Assembly (NCBI GenBank): GCA_965637545.1
Contig: OZ281494.1
Coordinates: 17,174,001 to 17,238,000, forward strand
Source of the DNA: Phallusia mammillata
Taxonomy: Eukaryota
Direction: 5' to 3'
DNA length: 64,000 bases
Position 1 is the stretch's first letter, and each line of letters opens with the position of its first letter. Below are positions 60,512 to 64,000 of the stretch, in pieces. Position numbers and translations under genes: made by a program. A model generated the notes under the pieces. The model made no database searches, was not told the origin of the DNA, and saw only the letters and a program-made list of their open reading frames with translations.

Positions 60512-63500
60512 GCGTTTCCATCGGCCCGCCGTATGCGAGATGCGCATAAATTAAACACAAGTCTTAGTATTGTTGTTATCGCTGCACGCTTACACGCCGT
60601 GAAATATATCAGGCAGCATCCGATCCACATGTCCAGTTCTGTGTGCGCTATGGGGAATCGCAGCGGAGAGAAAAATAATGGCGAAATTTCTCTGAGAGTT
60701 TGTGCGTGTTGAAAGCCGGCCTTGGGGATTTCTAAAGTCCGGACGGAGTTAAGCCCATGTGTGTACAAAACTAACATTTTAGAAAATCGCCTCTGTGCGC
60801 TATTTTGTTGCTCTTTATCGGCCAGGTCTTGACGAGTAATCCCCTAAAACACATTAGCCGAATCGCCCCACAAGTAAGCCTGTGAAAGACTCAATGGACA
60901 AACCAAATTGTTTTGTAAACAGCCAAGATTTAGGCCGTATTCTGTCTGTTTGAGGGAACAAATTTTGTTGTCAACAGTGCACCCGCTTTGATCTCAGCGC
61001 ACAGCTCGTCACATACTTGGTTAAGCGTGGGTTGGTGACTCTGACATGAGACTGTAACTCGCGTTGAGGCAGTTGGGTCGCTCAAGTCTTTGATCCCCTG
61101 AAAGCGATCGATCGTTGTCCAGCTCCGCGGCCACAACTCATCACATCAAACCCCTGTTTGCCTGCGTGCAGTTTACCGTGGGAAACAGTTTAGCTTATTT
61201 GGCTTACGAGTTATGAATGTAAGATGGAGATTTGTATTTACATGGGGTTTAATGAATAAAATTCTATCTAGATTGACTATAGTTTTAGGTTTGAACAAGG
61301 TTGACAAAACGCGGTATGTATGTTGCTGTTGCTAGAGTACACTAGTGTAATTTTATTAAATGAACTTGTAGGTCTCGAACACCTTTCGAGGGCATTTGAA
61401 AGCGATAGCTTTTATTAGCACGTCATTACTTAACCTCTGGTTCCAGTTGGGGCTTTCACCCATTAGTCCACGTTAAACCAGTCGGACAAGAAAATTCCCC
61501 GACGACAGGAGTAAACCCGATCGGTTTATTCAGTGTCTCGACTTGCGAACACAAAGCCGAGTGTTGCGAGTCATTCGTAATGGATACGTAAGCGTATCGC
61601 TATTGCGACTCCACGACGTGGGCAGCGAGCAGAGTTTCTTTCGATATTATATGACTCAGAGTGACCCCTGGCCGTTCCACACACTTTCCCATCATGTTAC
61701 TCGAGTGCGTCACCCACATCGAGCTGTCACTGCCTTGCGACGCGCCCATTGGCGACAGGTCACCCGTGACGGGCACGTGATTTGCAATATGTCAGATCGG
61801 CTGTTGGTGAGCAGGTAAGCGTGGCGCATTAGTGAATAATCTGAAGTGTTTTCCTTGCGTTGTTATGAAAGCATGGTGTGGGCGTTGACATACCGATGCT
61901 CGTTGACTTAGGGCAATGTGATGTCAGGAATGACCACCCCAAATATTAGGAAACTACGCCGTATTTGAGTAAAGGAGCGCTATTTCACCATGCACGTTTG
62001 TCATAATTCCAAATTAGGAAAATAAACACAATTATTCTTTTGAGCTTTCTTTCGAAACAATACTTTTTATTCATACAAATGTGTTAAACAGAACCAAGGT
62101 CTTTAGCATTTCCACCATGCTGTGTTCGAACGAGTGTTGTTTTAGCCATTGGGGTAAGATGTGTGTAAGCGTTTTTTTGCTTTTGTTTGTTTTCTGTATT
62201 GTTTTTTGTTACAATGTAATGTAGGCCAAAGCGATTCCGTGATCACAACAAAACTAACGGGTTAACCGCAAATACCACCGTTTGCTCGATCCGTGTTCCC
62301 AGCTCTATTCAGTCACGACAGCCCGATGATGATTTCATTAGAAATTGTGCAGCAATTCGCGCTAGTCGGCGGTGAGATCAAAGCAGGTGATATCACACGA
62401 CAAAACTAATTGAAGTGAGATCGAGTTTCAGGGATCGATACCAATGATCAAATAGAAATCACCAACCTACCAAAAATTCCAGTTTTTTTATCTGCATGCG
62501 CCCCTTTGTAGAAAATGGCGACATGTCTTAAGTACGAAAGTTTAAAGCTTGCCAGTGTGATATGTTGGGGTCGAAGACACGAATGCTTTGGATGGCTAAT
62601 CATACGAATACAGAAAAGTTTTATATTGTGAAGGTGCATTATTGCACAATAGGCCATTCTGATGCTCCGACATGTAAAGTTAAATTAAGTTGTTGAAAGC
62701 TACCATATGAGAGAAGCAACGAAAATGCCTGTAAATTTAGGATGTGTTATTTCCCTAGATAATTTCATTTACAATATTTTGGGACTCGTTAAAATTTTCG
62801 GAAACTTTATGTATAGACTGTAGCTTATGGATAATTTTGTTTGAGCAATAAAACACTTATCTGTCGGCATCATTTATTTTTTATGTTTTACAGTGGAAAT
62901 GTGCAAAATGGCTACGCCTATTTCCTTTAGCAAGCTGCATGAATGTTTACAATTTACTTACGGCCTTTGTGTTACAAAAATAAAACCAACACCATTGTTT
63001 CTGCTTTCAATGCCCGACTTTCTCCAGTGTAGTGTTGAAGCAGGGGGATTTTTTCTGGGATCATCTTTTAAGCAAACCTTGCAGAACAACCGGGGCCACT
63101 GAGTTGTCGCTAATCAGTTCGTCCCTGTCATCGATAGGATGTTAAAATGCGATTAACCCCCAGCCCTTAATAGCCCCCTATCCTGTGTCTCTCCGGTCTT
63201 TGGAAGACGCTCTAATCGTAGGCAACAAAACGTGTAGCAGAAACTCAATACCGGTCGTCCCTGGACCGCTTGCAGCGCACTGAGAACTCCACAAGACCTG
63301 CGGTGTGACAACATGCCGTAAAATTTAAACACTTCAAACGATTAGACGTTTCCAGTTGTCACGAAATCAGGCTGCATCGAAATTAAAACGTCGGCAGAGC
63401 AAAGCATATAACGTTACCAATGGCCTTTCAAATGCGCAGCCCACGAACACGGATACGCTATAGGATACCTCTTCAGTAAGCACATACACAAAAGAGCTTT

Positions 63501-64000
63501 CTGTGTAATGCCCCGCCCCCGTACTTTAGTCTGAAGCTTTGAAGTCAAAAACTTGAAAGTGATTTGTCGGTAAGCTTGTTTTTTCTGTCGTGAAATTGCA
63601 ATATTTTATTTTTTCTCTTCAAAAAACGTCCGGTTATAATTTTCCCACTGAGCTGCTCTGAACTTCTCTCTTCGATGAATCGCAAACTTTTAATGTCTTG
63701 TGTATATGTGGCCCACCATTGAACCCACCACGATACAAACCAACATTATAAACCACTAACTGGGCATCAGTGCTCGCTAATGATACGAAAGTGCCGATAA
63801 ATAGCGGCAATTGTTACCTGTGTACATACTCAGGGATAAGCCCTATTATCACATCATATAGACCGTAATGTGCTCGGCACTTTCATGTCAATGCTGGTAA
63901 ACCGATCATTAAATCTTAGCGGCTTTTTTAGGCAGCCTGGTACTTTTCCTGCAGGTTGGAAATAGGCTTACATCAAAGCAAATGACGTAATGTACATTTT

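Noticed and set aside
33430-64000. Linked Six3/6 or Six4/5 paralog as in vertebrate Six clusters
   Set aside because: No second SIX domain or homeobox is visible within 20 kb downstream or 7 kb upstream.

Overview
Eukaryotic, AT-rich, intron-containing invertebrate genomic DNA. It is most consistent with an ascidian/tunicate (inference from short introns, acceptors just upstream of start codons and the Six1/2 gene layout; not verified). The window has three parts. (1) About 2.5-25 kb: a tandem array of four 8-exon zinc-dependent medium-chain alcohol dehydrogenase genes (A, B, C on minus; D on plus, head-to-head with C). They resemble the 6-hydroxyhexanoate-DH/AdhP-like branch rather than vertebrate class I-III ADH, and are interspersed with hAT MITEs carrying intact 8-bp TSDs, other TIR elements and tRNA-derived SINEs. 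(2) About 29-33.4 kb: an intronless survivin (BIRC5) followed closely by an 8-exon TEDC1 on the same strand, a candidate operon, with a hammerhead-ribozyme-like hairpin in TEDC1 intron 1. (3) About 33.5-64 kb: a 3-exon Six1/2 homeobox gene (minus) in a transposon-poor non-coding landscape enriched in perfect YY1/Pho and Su(H)/RBPJ motifs. Best leads: ADH-D with a remodelled dinucleotide-binding site and a possible newborn 27-nt micro-exon, a PTS1-like tail on ADH-B, the hammerhead-like element, the survivin-TEDC1 operon, and the YY1/Su(H) motif arrays around Six1/2. All gene models were assembled by hand from splice signals and paralog comparison; no database searches were run.
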